Positions 26,856 through 37,203 are shown, counted from the stretch's first letter. The stretch: 64,000 bases of DNA from an uncultured virus (IMG/VR IMGVR_UViG_3300013123_000002) (IMGVR_UViG_3300013123_000002), one strand, 5' to 3'. The notes: generated from the letters alone by a model not told the origin. Program-made: numbers and translations.

Positions 26856-28433
26856 TTGATGAAATTTGAAGATCTAACCCAAGAGAACATCTCAGACATC
26901 AAAGCCATATACTGGCACCCTACTCTCAGCTGGGATGAACGAATGAACAGATTAAGCAGCTACCTTAACAAATCGGAACGAACCGTGTCCAAGTGGTTGG
27001 CTCGGTTAGGTTTAACCGAAAAAGCTATGGTAGAATCTCCTCAGCTCATAAAGGCAAAAGAACGCCAATTGAGCACCAAGAAGCGATTCCTCATCACCTG
27101 GGCTCAGAACGACACCCCGATTCACGAAGCGTTCGTTTCTAACCTTGAAAAGTACGCTGAACAAATAAACGCGGACATTCACGTGATCGCAGGACGGTAC
27201 AAGAACCCAACGTCAGTATTCACAGATAAGAATTACGATACGTGGGACGAAAGGATCGAGGAATACCTCGACGCTAACCGGCACAACGTCCACAAGAACA
27301 TGTGGATAATGTCAGACATCAAGATCCAACCTACTGCAACTGACCCGATGACGGGTCTTCGTGGTTTAACTGGAGTTCACTCCTGCGTGTTTGGATCGCC
27401 AAAAGTTCAGATGGAAACTGTTCCAGTCCTAGAAGGTAACCTTCCTAAGATAATGGTAACGACCGGCGCCTGTACGGTAAAGAATTACACTGATTCAAAA
27501 TCCGGCAAGAAAGGCGAGTTCCACCATACGTTAGGGTTCGTTATCATTGAGATAAAGGACGATGATACATTCTTCGTAAGGCAGATCACCGCCACGGATA
27601 ACGGTAATTTCACCGACTTGAACAGTAAAGTAGAGTATGATGAAGAGTTTAAGATCAGTTCAATTAAAAAGGTGGACACGATCGCAGCTATCATATTCGG
27701 TGACATACACTTCGGCCAACACGACCAGGAAATCATCGATAAGACTATCGATTTCTTTAGAGTGATGAAACCTAGGCACGTTGTCCTTCACGATGTGTTC
27801 GACGGTCTATCCATAAATCACCATGACATGAAGAATCCTTTCGTTCAGTACGAACGGGAGATGAACGGTACAAACTCTCTGAAGGATGAGGTTGAGGCTC
27901 TTCTCGAAGGATTGGAAGATTTTGACAGCAACGAATTTACGACCGTAATTGTCAGAGGAAATCACGATGATTTTCTCGATCGTTGGTTGCAAACGTCTGA
28001 CTGGAGAAAAGCAGGAACTCTGAAGAACTCGTTAGAGTACATGGAGTACGCAGCTCTAATCCTTAGCAGAAAAGCCAAGAACGGAGTCATTCCGTACATC
28101 ATCAAGCAGAGATTTCCAAACTTCGTAACTCTCAGCAGAAACGAGAGTTTCATCATAAAGGATTGGGAACTTGCTCAGCACGGTGATATCGGAACCAACG
28201 GCACTTACGGTTCTCTGTCCCAGTACAGAAACCTCAACACGAAGATCATAGTCGGACACTATCACTCACCAGGAAGAAAGGACGGAGCTTTAGCGGTCGG
28301 AACTTCGACGAAACTTAGAGTCAACTATAACATTGGTCCTAGCAGCTGGCTTCAGTCTCATGTGATCGTTCACGAGGATGGAAAGGCACAGCACTTGAAC
28401 TTCACCAACGGCGAGTTCACTACTTTATTTTAA
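26856..28433 (+). CDS. calcineurin-like metallophosphoesterase with an N-terminal HTH-like segment
   Basis: GDIH, HDVFDG, GNHD, QHGD and GHYHS motifs. Confidence 0.85.
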   Translation: MMKFEDLTQENISDIKAIYWHPTLSWDERMNRLSSYLNKSERTVSKWLARLGLTEKAMVESPQLIKAKERQLSTKKRFLITWAQNDTPIHEAFVSNLEKYAEQINADIHVIAGRYKNPTSVFTDKNYDTWDERIEEYLDANRHNVHKNMWIMSDIKIQPTATDPMTGLRGLTGVHSCVFGSPKVQMETVPVLEGNLPKIMVTTGACTVKNYTDSKSGKKGEFHHTLGFVIIEIKDDDTFFVRQITATDNGNFTDLNSKVEYDEEFKISSIKKVDTIAAIIFGDIHFGQHDQEIIDKTIDFFRVMKPRHVVLHDVFDGLSINHHDMKNPFVQYEREMNGTNSLKDEVEALLEGLEDFDSNEFTTVIVRGNHDDFLDRWLQTSDWRKAGTLKNSLEYMEYAALILSRKAKNGVIPYIIKQRFPNFVTLSRNESFIIKDWELAQHGDIGTNGTYGSLSQYRNLNTKIIVGHYHSPGRKDGALAVGTSTKLRVNYNIGPSSWLQSHVIVHEDGKAQHLNFTNGEFTTLF

Positions 28434-28451
28434 GGTTCGTTAAAGAATGCA

Positions 28452-28481
28452 TAAAAAAAGCTCCGAAAGGAGCTTTTTTTT
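28452..28481. terminator. bidirectional intrinsic terminator
   Basis: AAAAAAAGCTCC-GAAA-GGAGCTTTTTTTT. Confidence 0.92.
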
Positions 28482-28484
28482 GTA

Positions 28485-30620
28485 TTATTCGGTCTTTGCG
28501 AGACCAGAAGTACCTGAGGTTCCCGCTCCCATCATCATTGATTGTGTGTAACCTGGGTAAAGCCCTGGATCTTCTGGGTGTTCATTAGCAAATTTCACAG
28601 CTTCTGCGATACGTCGATCACGCTCTTCTTCCGACTTTTTAGCTTCCCTCAGTATCTTTTCTTCCTTTTCCGATATAACTACGACCGTTTGTACATCATC
28701 CTCCTCAGCAGATTCAACGTTCAATAACGGATCGATCGATTCGTTTACCGCTGAGCTATCGATCTCTACTACTGGAATGCCTGGCGATTTGAACTGAGGT
28801 AAGGTGGATTCGTTCAATTTTTCCATCAGGTCTTGGTTCATGCTGTAAAAGTCAGAGTGTATCTCCTGAGGAGCTGCTGACTTAAAACCTGCGTAATCAC
28901 CGTTCTTGACGGTGTTCATTATGACGTCCTTTATGCCAGCAGATGGAAGTTCCATCAGTCTAATGTCCTTCTTCAGGTTTAAGTTTCGTGAACGTTTCTT
29001 AGCTAATTCGATCTGCAGAGCTAGATCTCTTATCCTGCTTCTGTTAGCAGCGATGATGTTAGGTTCGTAGTTCGGCTTTATTATCTTTAACAAGCTTTCT
29101 ACTTCTCCGTCCGAAACGATAACGTAGCCTTCGATAAAACTGTGGTGAACGTTTGCTAGTCTCTGCAACCCGTTTATCACGGTTTCCTTCTTGAACGGCC
29201 GAGCTTTGCTGGTGTTTCCTGGGTGGACGCACACCATCAAGCACGGCAACCCGTTCTCGTTGAACAAGCTCTGTGCAGATTTTATGTGTCCTGGGTGTAT
29301 TGGTTGAAAGTCAGAGATGATCAAATTTACAGGTTTAGTTTTCCTATCTTCCACCTGCTTGAATGTCTCAAAGTAGCCCGGATCCTTTTCTTCACCGACG
29401 AACTCCTTGAACGTTGGGAAGTAATTTTCGTAGATTGAATCTCCCATGATTACTCTGCTAATTTTGTCGATCTGATCGTTAAGGTTCTCTTTCATCTCTT
29501 TGGTAAAGAACGATGAGTTCACCTTGATCTTTTTCTTTCTGAACATGTTGATGAAGACTCGGTAAATTTCCTTGAAATTAGGGTTCGATTCGATCATCGA
29601 TGTTACTCTAGGGTTGTTGATGAGACCGAAATTCACGTTGAAATCGTCTCTTTGCAGAAAATCAGGTATCTGAATGTCTAGGTCCCTGTACTTTTCTCCG
29701 AATTCCTTCACGAATTCCAAGTATATGTGATTGACTAGAGAAACGTAACGTTCCTCGTAAGTCTCACCATTCATTGGAATTTCTCTTAACTCGCTAACCG
29801 GGTATTGTTCGATGAAGTTCATGAGGTCGATCACGATGATCCAGATGTAGTCATCACTCTTCTTCCTATCCTCAGCAGACCGCTTCTTTGCTCCTTCCTG
29901 AAAAGTAGGATCTATCAGTTTTGCTAGGAACACCGGTTCTTCTCCTCTAGCTGACTCATCGTAAAACCTGAAAACTATTCCCTCAATGTCCTTGTCCAGA
30001 GAATCCTGGAGGAACGATTTTTCAAGAGATGGGTTTAGGATCGAAACGATGTACCTAGTAAAAGATGTGGTCTTGAACTTTTCTACCAATTTGTCGAATG
30101 ATGTGTATATGAATTCGTGTATCTGTTTCTTTTGTTCTGGGCTTAATTTGCCCCGGAAGATGATCGGAGGTCTTTCTATTCCTAGAACGTCTGCCCATTT
30201 GTTGAGTTCTTCCCTGCTCTGTATGGTTTCCTTTACTTCTCCGTTTTTCTTGAGAAGGTGTATGTAGCTCAAGATCAGGTGATTCTTGGGAAGATTATCG
30301 TACGATATGGTCTGGGGTTTTTTGTCGGAAAAGTATTCCATTCCGAAGTAGTAATTCGGCGGAATGTTTGGCGTGATCTCGCTCTTCTTGCTTTCCAAGT
30401 ATGAAATAGCAGGCTCAAAGTACTTGCTAAGGACTCTGTCCACGTACGATATTGGGCCGTTTCTCTTGAAGTACTCTATCTTTCCATGATCGTCTTTCAT
30501 CAAACCGAAAAACGCTCCGTCCATCTTCTCGTTGACGATGACCGTCTTGTTGAGTAAGTTTTCGACGAAATCCTGTCCGTATTTGTCTAAGACGTCCTTT
30601 AAATGTGCTAAACCTGCCAT
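28485..30620 (-). CDS. RNA-ligase-like adenylation domain fused to a HIGH-type nucleotidyltransferase domain
   Basis: NEKMDG (motif I), FGMEY, IEGIVF and LAKL, then FQPIHPGH. Start reassigned to MAGL at 30620. Confidence 0.72.
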   Translation of the reverse strand: MAGLAHLKDVLDKYGQDFVENLLNKTVIVNEKMDGAFFGLMKDDHGKIEYFKRNGPISYVDRVLSKYFEPAISYLESKKSEITPNIPPNYYFGMEYFSDKKPQTISYDNLPKNHLILSYIHLLKKNGEVKETIQSREELNKWADVLGIERPPIIFRGKLSPEQKKQIHEFIYTSFDKLVEKFKTTSFTRYIVSILNPSLEKSFLQDSLDKDIEGIVFRFYDESARGEEPVFLAKLIDPTFQEGAKKRSAEDRKKSDDYIWIIVIDLMNFIEQYPVSELREIPMNGETYEERYVSLVNHIYLEFVKEFGEKYRDLDIQIPDFLQRDDFNVNFGLINNPRVTSMIESNPNFKEIYRVFINMFRKKKIKVNSSFFTKEMKENLNDQIDKISRVIMGDSIYENYFPTFKEFVGEEKDPGYFETFKQVEDRKTKPVNLIISDFQPIHPGHIKSAQSLFNENGLPCLMVCVHPGNTSKARPFKKETVINGLQRLANVHHSFIEGYVIVSDGEVESLLKIIKPNYEPNIIAANRSRIRDLALQIELAKKRSRNLNLKKDIRLMELPSAGIKDVIMNTVKNGDYAGFKSAAPQEIHSDFYSMNQDLMEKLNESTLPQFKSPGIPVVEIDSSAVNESIDPLLNVESAEEDDVQTVVVISEKEEKILREAKKSEEERDRRIAEAVKFANEHPEDPGLYPGYTQSMMMGAGTSGTSGLAKTE

Positions 30621-30633
30621 GCTTTTGATTTTG

Positions 30634-31191
30634 TTAGTCCAGTGGTCCGAAATCACCGCGACTCATTGCTTTTCCAAATTCAGTCGAAGAGATGGAATCC
30701 AGAGATGCGCTTACTCTAGTGACCGCGTTTCTAAGAGTTTCATCATTTTTGAGTAAATCGATAAGTTGCGGAAGTTTAAAGTCCTGTTCAGATTTTGGTA
30801 ATCCACCTACTTCTTCGAGACGTTTTTCCAATTCTCTGTACTTTAACCCTTTGGTGGACACGTTCCACACGTAGAATACAGGTTTGTCCTTTCCGTCATA
30901 ATGTTTCCTGTAAAATTCTTCAATCTCGTTCAGCTTCTTTTCCATCTCAGATAACCCAGATTCTTTAGTGAACATCCATGGTTCTCCAGATTTTCCGTTT
31001 CTGCTGAGTTCGATTACTCGACTTGCGTGACCGTGTATATCACTCGGGTAATTGAATTCTTCTAAATTAGGACACATCATCACCAATTCTGAAAAAAGAG
31101 GAAGGAACTCTTCGAGAGAAATTCCTCTGACTTTAGATTCGGCTGACTCGTTTACGAACTCTTTGAAATCTTTCGTGAACTTTTTAAGCAT
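30634..31191 (-). CDS. putative internal head protein
   Basis: N-terminal TKDFKEFVNE; late promoter at 31212-31218. Confidence 0.7.
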   Translation of the reverse strand: MLKKFTKDFKEFVNESAESKVRGISLEEFLPLFSELVMMCPNLEEFNYPSDIHGHASRVIELSRNGKSGEPWMFTKESGLSEMEKKLNEIEEFYRKHYDGKDKPVFYVWNVSTKGLKYRELEKRLEEVGGLPKSEQDFKLPQLIDLLKNDETLRNAVTRVSASLDSISSTEFGKAMSRGDFGPLD

Positions 31192-31217
31192 CGCATTTTG
31201 ACTATTTTTGTTATTTA

Positions 31218-31862
31218 TTAAGCCGAGATGCCTAAAAGCTTTTTACCTTCTGCAACAAAACTATCAACGGATTCTTGGTCAAAGTGGTTGGTGATGAATG
31301 AGATGCCGTTTTTTCTAGCTGGGTCAGCTAACTGATCTTTTCCGAACTCCAAGAAGTGTCCGAACAGGTGAAGTTCCTCATCAGTTGAGTGAGCCCCATC
31401 AAAAACGTCCTTGTTTCTTGACACATCTTGTTCTCTACGATCTTGGTTTACCGTGATCATTATGGTCTTGCAGTTTCGGTAGAGGTCGGATGACAGCAGA
31501 GCTTCGTACTCTTGACATGCTCTGACCAGTAACAGTCGACCTCGCAACACTGCCCAAACGTAAGCAGAGATGATAGCTCGGTCGAAGACCCAGATCTTGT
31601 CTCTGTACTGGGGTTGTTGATTCATTTCAAGGATGGTCATGATGTTACCCAAGCTGAAATAATGCAAAGCTGGCGTGTTGTCAATGTCTTGCAAGCCTAA
31701 GGTTCTGATGTGATTTGCAAAGTAGAACTTGTAGTACTCGATGTCCGGATCAGTATCGAACTTTTCTGGAGTCTTGAGCAATTCCAAGTTTACTGACTCT
31801 AGCAAGTCGTTTATCAAGTAAGTCTTGCCGCATGCTCGCGGGCCTTCTACAAATAGTATCAT
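31218..31862 (-). CDS. P-loop nucleoside monophosphate kinase (dTMP-kinase-like)
   Basis: FVEGPRACGKT Walker A and FDRAIIS motif. Confidence 0.8.
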   Translation of the reverse strand: MILFVEGPRACGKTYLINDLLESVNLELLKTPEKFDTDPDIEYYKFYFANHIRTLGLQDIDNTPALHYFSLGNIMTILEMNQQPQYRDKIWVFDRAIISAYVWAVLRGRLLLVRACQEYEALLSSDLYRNCKTIMITVNQDRREQDVSRNKDVFDGAHSTDEELHLFGHFLEFGKDQLADPARKNGISFITNHFDQESVDSFVAEGKKLLGISA

Positions 31863-32404
31863 AGCAATCTGATTCTTTCAACGTCCTGGTAATCGCAAAG
31901 TGGGACGACTGAGGATAAGCTCAGTTTTATTACTTTACTTTTATCAACGAAAACGAAATTGATCTCCAATTCCGGTGCTTCGTCGGCTAAAATTTGCGCG
32001 TATTGTATGATCTCCCACATGGAATCCTCGTAAATGGTCAAAGATTTTGCCTGTGGGTTAGCGTCGAGAATCTCCAGAAGCTTCATGGCTTTGGATTCTT
32101 CCCTTCCTAAAAAGTACACTCGGTGAAAGATGCACGCGCTCTTTTCCAAGAGTTTTGTGATAGCATCCTTGCACGCAAGAACTCTGTGAGTGATGAGGTA
32201 GTTCTCGTACTTCGAATTCTCTCCCCAAGTCTTTTCTATTGTGTTGAGAATCGGAAATACTGTTTCGTGATTTTCGAGAGACTTTGGATCGTCGAACCAC
32301 TCGTAAGGTTTTTTCCCTACCGCTTCGGTGCAAGTAAATCCAGGAACTCTGTAGAGGGTCTCATCAAAATCGAATACGTTGATGTGTTCCTTAGGCTTGT
32401 TCAT
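31859..32404 (-). CDS. HAD-superfamily phosphatase
   Basis: VFDFDETL, LITHR, K and IYEDS motifs. Confidence 0.82.
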   Translation of the reverse strand: MNKPKEHINVFDFDETLYRVPGFTCTEAVGKKPYEWFDDPKSLENHETVFPILNTIEKTWGENSKYENYLITHRVLACKDAITKLLEKSACIFHRVYFLGREESKAMKLLEILDANPQAKSLTIYEDSMWEIIQYAQILADEAPELEINFVFVDKSKVIKLSLSSVVPLCDYQDVERIRLL

Positions 32405-32750
32405 CTTCCAACATGTATGTGTTATCCGGAGTAACGACGGTTACTCTAATCTGTTTTAGTCCTTTTCTTAACCTTTCTGCCAGGTCGAGAGCTTTCCATA
32501 GAATCTTGTCCGGCTTTCTCGGAAACCTTGGGTAATTTACGAAACCGACTATCACTCCAGGCTCCCAGCCCTTAACGTATCGGTACTCGGTAGGAGTGAT
32601 TGTCACGCAATCGCCCAACCCATTTTCGTCGAGTTCGTTAACAAAATCATCGCAGATCTGCCTAACGTCATTGAGGTTAAAGTAGTAGTGCCCGTACCCT
32701 GCCCTCAAGCCGACCCATATCTGAACGGTGTAAGATTTTTCAATTTTCAT
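32391..32750 (-). CDS. hypothetical protein
   Basis: Start reassigned to MKIEKSY at 32750; INYPRF-like motif. Confidence 0.7.
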   Translation of the reverse strand: MKIEKSYTVQIWVGLRAGYGHYYFNLNDVRQICDDFVNELDENGLGDCVTITPTEYRYVKGWEPGVIVGFVNYPRFPRKPDKILWKALDLAERLRKGLKQIRVTVVTPDNTYMLEDEQA

Positions 32751-32811
32751 ACTTGCAGATCTTTTACTAATAAATAACTGCATAGTTCTGTAATACAATA
32801 CCAAATTATCA

Positions 32812-33282
32812 ATGGATAGGACATTAAGACGCACAAGAGAGTATTCAGGGAACAGGTATCACCTGATTCGTGATTGCGTGCAAGCCCAAAAGCCGTTCGC
32901 GATCTATAACTTTACCTCGTCCGACCAGTACAACGAGTTTCTAAACGACTTGGACTCTTTCGGACGCTTGAATTACGTGGTGCAGACGATCACGTCAATG
33001 TCTCTTGCCGAACGTAAGGTTAGGTTCGTGTTTCCCAGCATCTTCGTGACTAACGAGTCGACTGACGTTTCCTTAGATGAGTTCAAGGAGATCGTAAAAG
33101 GTTCGCTATCTCACTACAAGTTAGACTCAATAATCTGCCTGTACGACGGAAACGTTTCGGTATTTTACAGGAACGGAGAACACCACCCAATTGGAAACAA
33201 CATATACGGGAGCCAGCAGATCAACGAGTTCCAGAGCGATTACTACCAGGTAGAAAGCACCTATTACACGTTCTTGGTGTAA
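32812..33282 (+). CDS. hypothetical protein
   Basis: 156 aa; late promoter at 32770-32776. Confidence 0.7.
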   Translation: MDRTLRRTREYSGNRYHLIRDCVQAQKPFAIYNFTSSDQYNEFLNDLDSFGRLNYVVQTITSMSLAERKVRFVFPSIFVTNESTDVSLDEFKEIVKGSLSHYKLDSIICLYDGNVSVFYRNGEHHPIGNNIYGSQQINEFQSDYYQVESTYYTFLV

Positions 33283-33314
33283 AACTTATCGCTCTTTTTC
33301 CGTAAAATAAACAG

Positions 33315-33752
33315 ATGGAAGACGGAAACAAACTAACGCTGGAAGAGCACTTTCGTAACAAACGGGAGCTTTTTTCAAAGGAAATAAAGGACGGAATTCA
33401 ACTCCTCATTAAGATCGAGAACATTCCTCAGGTCCAAGTAACCTTTTTGAGCCTCAGGCAGAGAATCCTGGAAGAAAATCACACTCTTCTCGAACACTTT
33501 ACTCGGTACAAGAAACAGTACCGAGAAAAGAAGGGCGAGGAATGGGTAGATGCTTCTAAGATCGGGCAAACTCGCTACCAACCAAGCGAAAAAGTAACGA
33601 TAGTTGACGCTAAGACCGCTGCGTTAAAGGAACGGCTCGAGCAGTTAGAGTACCAGATTGAATTTTACTCCGAGTGCATAAAGACAGTAGATTCGGTCAT
33701 CTTTGGAATCAAGGACAGGATCGCTGCTCAAAAGTTGCTGGACGGCAACTAA
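33315..33752 (+). CDS. uvsY: recombination mediator UvsY-like
   Basis: 145 aa helical protein directly upstream of UvsW; C-terminal FGIKDRI resembles UvsY. Confidence 0.6.
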   Translation: MEDGNKLTLEEHFRNKRELFSKEIKDGIQLLIKIENIPQVQVTFLSLRQRILEENHTLLEHFTRYKKQYREKKGEEWVDASKIGQTRYQPSEKVTIVDAKTAALKERLEQLEYQIEFYSECIKTVDSVIFGIKDRIAAQKLLDGN

Positions 33753-33768
33753 AATTTCTATCAAAACT

Positions 33769-35382
33769 TTGCTATCATTTGAATTGACTGACGATAAACA
33801 GCACCTTCAGCTCGTGGATTACGCGGGAAAAGGAGAACTGAAGGACCTTCAACTCTACTTTAAAAAAAGAAGAGCCGGCTACTTTCACGACCCGCTTTAC
33901 AAGAGAAAGATTTGGGACGGGTACGATAAGTTCATCGATAATGAAAACCGAATAGGCGTCGGTCTTTGGCGAGAGATCGTCAATTTCGGCGAACGTTACG
34001 ATTACGAGATAGACATCAGAGGGTTGGACGACCTTCTGAACTTAGATTTCACCAAGGACAAGTCCGATAAATTTGCATCCGTCCTTCTAGACGGAACCAG
34101 CCCTCACATAGAACCGTACGCTTACCAGTTAGAAGCGGTTCACCGTGGACTTAAGTACAAGTTCTGTTCACAGGAACTGGCAACTTCCGCTGGAAAGACC
34201 CTTATCTTCTTTATGTACTTGTCGTTTCTAAAGAGAAAAGGAATCATCAACAAAGATAATAAGGCACTTCTGGTGGTCCCAAAAACGTCCCTGGTCAACC
34301 AGACAGCTGATGCTTTTGAGAAGGAATACCAGACAGGTTTGGTTCCGTGGACAATTCACAGGATAGGCGGGACCAATTCATTTTCCCAAAAAAAGTTCGA
34401 CGACTGTGAACTTGTCATTTCCACGTACCAGAGCTTGATAATGGACGACGGCAAGCCTAAAAAACCGAAGAAGGACAAGAACGGCAAGATCAGAAATCCC
34501 ATCGTTAGGCAGACCAAACCGGATTTTTTCAAGAACTTTAGCGTCATTTGCATTGATGAAGCTCACACCAGTCGCGGAGCTTCAATACGCGACATTCTCA
34601 GAGCAAGCACCAACGCAGAGTACAAATTGGGTCTATCTGGAACGATTAAGATTGAGGAACAGTACTCTGACTTTTTCAAGATTCAGGAGTACTTGGGGCC
34701 GTTAAGCATGATAGTCAAAGCGAAGTTTCTCATGGAAAATGATTACTCTGTAGACGTCATGGTGAACATGGTCAGGCTAAAGTACCCAGAAGACGATCCG
34801 TTCGTCAAGGGGTACGCTCAGCTTAAGGAAACAGGAGGAGCTACTGGTAAGGAAAAGTACGAGATAGAGAAAGCTTTCATCGTTTCGTACGAGCCTAGAA
34901 TAAACTTCATTGCCAAGCTGTGCGGTAAGCTGCAGGGAAACAAGATGGTCCTCTTTACTAACGTTAAAGATCAGTACGGCAAGAGAATTTACGACAAGAT
35001 AAAAGAGACTAACGACCACGTTTACTACATTGACGGTGGAGTGAAGGACGACGATAGGTCAGAGTATCGATCCATCATGGAATCTAACGCTGGCGTTGTT
35101 TTGGTCGCTTCGTTCGGTACTTTTTCCACCGGCATAAACTTGAAGAACATCAACTACATCATCTTCGCTGAGAGTTACAAATCAGAAATCACGGTAAGAC
35201 AATCGATAGGTAGGGGAATGAGAAAATTGCTAGGCAAGCACAAGATCACGATACTTGACCTAGTAGACGACCTCGATGGGTACATCGTGAAGCACGGAAA
35301 GAAGAGGGAACAGATCTACCTTGAGCAAGAATTTGAAGTTTCCAAGCACGAGTTTGATCTGACTAAGTTCGTTGATCAGTAG
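33769..35382 (+). CDS. uvsW: UvsW-like SF2 DNA helicase
   Basis: WDG, ATSAGKT, DEAH, GLSGT, TFSTGIN and QSIGRGMR motifs; probable TTG start. Confidence 0.9.
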   Translation: MLSFELTDDKQHLQLVDYAGKGELKDLQLYFKKRRAGYFHDPLYKRKIWDGYDKFIDNENRIGVGLWREIVNFGERYDYEIDIRGLDDLLNLDFTKDKSDKFASVLLDGTSPHIEPYAYQLEAVHRGLKYKFCSQELATSAGKTLIFFMYLSFLKRKGIINKDNKALLVVPKTSLVNQTADAFEKEYQTGLVPWTIHRIGGTNSFSQKKFDDCELVISTYQSLIMDDGKPKKPKKDKNGKIRNPIVRQTKPDFFKNFSVICIDEAHTSRGASIRDILRASTNAEYKLGLSGTIKIEEQYSDFFKIQEYLGPLSMIVKAKFLMENDYSVDVMVNMVRLKYPEDDPFVKGYAQLKETGGATGKEKYEIEKAFIVSYEPRINFIAKLCGKLQGNKMVLFTNVKDQYGKRIYDKIKETNDHVYYIDGGVKDDDRSEYRSIMESNAGVVLVASFGTFSTGINLKNINYIIFAESYKSEITVRQSIGRGMRKLLGKHKITILDLVDDLDGYIVKHGKKREQIYLEQEFEVSKHEFDLTKFVDQ

Positions 35383-36167
35383 ACAGTTTCTAGAGCATCG
35401 TCAGTTTCCATCTCCAAATACTCGTAAAACCATTCGAGGCCTTCCTGCCTAAATCTATCAACTTGCTGCAGGATAGCTAACATATCTGTTTCCATTGAAG
35501 TTGCTTCTCCGAGAGTTTCTTCTAAGTAATTAACGAGAGCCTTTGCTCTATCTCTAAGCTGCGATATTTCAGGAAGATCGTTCAGTGCACCGACTTCTAC
35601 AAGTTCGCTGAAATCCGGATCCTGATACTTATTTTTTACCTCTGCCATCACTTCTTCTTCGATCGCCTCTTTTTCGGCTAAGTAGCTGTTGCACTCTTCT
35701 GATATTCCTTCCATCACTGAGTCTGGACCTACTTCCGGATAAAGCAGAAGCCAACCTCCGCTTTTTCCACCCCAATCGACAGTTTTTATCCAACTGTGAT
35801 CTATTCCGTCAGCTAGCACTTCCGCTTGGTCTTGCAGGTACTTCCACCAAATTCTGTTAGCTTCTTCGTCAGATAATTCTGGGACTTTTACTCTCTTTTT
35901 GATCTCTTCCTCGTCCGGAAAGATGTAAACCTTAACGTTGAGAGCAAAGTGATCGCCTCTAACTCCTGGGCTCTCTCGGTTCCAGTGATACTTTTCCTTC
36001 AATTCTATCCATTTTTCCTCTATTCGCTTGATTAGAAACACAATGTCTTCTTCGAATGAAAAATCATCGAACCTATCCTTGTATTCCTGAAATAAGTAAG
36101 GCTGTTCTCCGGTGTATCGACGATTCTCGTTGACGAAATTAGAAAAGGATAGAACGTATTTGTCCAT
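35376..36167 (-). CDS. putative internal head protein
   Basis: N-terminal VLSFSNFVNE; GKSGGWL motif. Confidence 0.7.
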   Translation of the reverse strand: MDKYVLSFSNFVNENRRYTGEQPYLFQEYKDRFDDFSFEEDIVFLIKRIEEKWIELKEKYHWNRESPGVRGDHFALNVKVYIFPDEEEIKKRVKVPELSDEEANRIWWKYLQDQAEVLADGIDHSWIKTVDWGGKSGGWLLLYPEVGPDSVMEGISEECNSYLAEKEAIEEEVMAEVKNKYQDPDFSELVEVGALNDLPEISQLRDRAKALVNYLEETLGEATSMETDMLAILQQVDRFRQEGLEWFYEYLEMETDDALETVY

Positions 36168-36535
36168 TAGCTGTGCTTGCTGATTTCGATAGCTCTAAGT
36201 TGGCTGAGAGCCTTTTCCTTAGTTGGGTGAGTGCCTAAAACCTTTTTTCCTTTTTTGTCAAGAACAACCCACTTATTTCCGCGCTTTCGAATCATCTCGT
36301 TAACTTCAACGAACTGTTCGAAGCTTTCCACAATTTTCATAGAAGACACTTGGGAAACAGAGGCCGGGGCTTGAAGGTTAGCCGGCTGCAGCGGCGGTTG
36401 AGTTTTCTTTAGGATCTCTCCGACTTTAGTTCTTATCAGTTCCAATTTTTTTACTTGGTCCTGCGAGAACTGTTCTGAGCTTTCCTCAACTAACGCGACG
36501 TAAGCTAAGAAGGAATCGATCTGTGAATCTTCCAT
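36167..36535 (-). CDS. putative head protein with a small basic C-terminal domain
   Basis: SFEQFVEVNE followed by MIRKRGNKWVV...GTHPTKEKALSQLRAIE. Confidence 0.72.
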   Translation of the reverse strand: MEDSQIDSFLAYVALVEESSEQFSQDQVKKLELIRTKVGEILKKTQPPLQPANLQAPASVSQVSSMKIVESFEQFVEVNEMIRKRGNKWVVLDKKGKKVLGTHPTKEKALSQLRAIEISKHS

Positions 36536-37135
36536 TTAAAGGGATATTTTTGAGGCGATTATGATGCCCAACAGTAATTTTGCGTAAATGAGTTGAAATT
36601 GGTAGTAAGTTAGGACTATCTGGTACTCTTTGGTTGACAGGCCTACCATTCCTATTCCAGCGTTTAACTTTATGATCTTGTTGATCACGGTGACCAATTG
36701 GTCTGGACCGTCCACCAAGCTCGTTAGAATATCGCCGGACGTTGAATAGCTGAGTTTTGACCTATTGTCTTGGAGCTGGGCGCACCAAGCTTCAGCGTAA
36801 TTTGCGCCGTTTCGCTTAGTTAGCAAATCTGGCGAATCTATAGCTTTGTCTATCGCTTTGACTGCTGAGTTTAAGTCCTGTACCTTTTCTGATATTTCGT
36901 TCATCCAACGAAGTTCACGGTCGAATATGAAGACCGTCATGGAACTGTTGTCCTTTTCGTAAACGAATTTCATTAACGTAGGTTCAATGTCTTCTATGGC
37001 AACCCCTCCGTCATCGTCAGCTACGATTCTGTGAGCTTCTCCAGGTTCGAGAGTGAACTCCTCAAATGGAAAGTTTTCCAAGAAAGGGTATTTCTTCTTG
37101 ACCACATAGGTTTTTTGGCTCATTGAACTTACCAC
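36536..37135 (-). CDS. hypothetical late protein
   Basis: 199 aa; late promoter at 37152-37158. Confidence 0.7.
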   Translation of the reverse strand: MVSSMSQKTYVVKKKYPFLENFPFEEFTLEPGEAHRIVADDDGGVAIEDIEPTLMKFVYEKDNSSMTVFIFDRELRWMNEISEKVQDLNSAVKAIDKAIDSPDLLTKRNGANYAEAWCAQLQDNRSKLSYSTSGDILTSLVDGPDQLVTVINKIIKLNAGIGMVGLSTKEYQIVLTYYQFQLIYAKLLLGIIIASKISL

Positions 37136-37203
37136 AGGTGAACTTTTCTTCTATTTATTTAGTACTATAAAACCTAAAATGGGTTCGTACGTAGAATAGG
37201 AAC

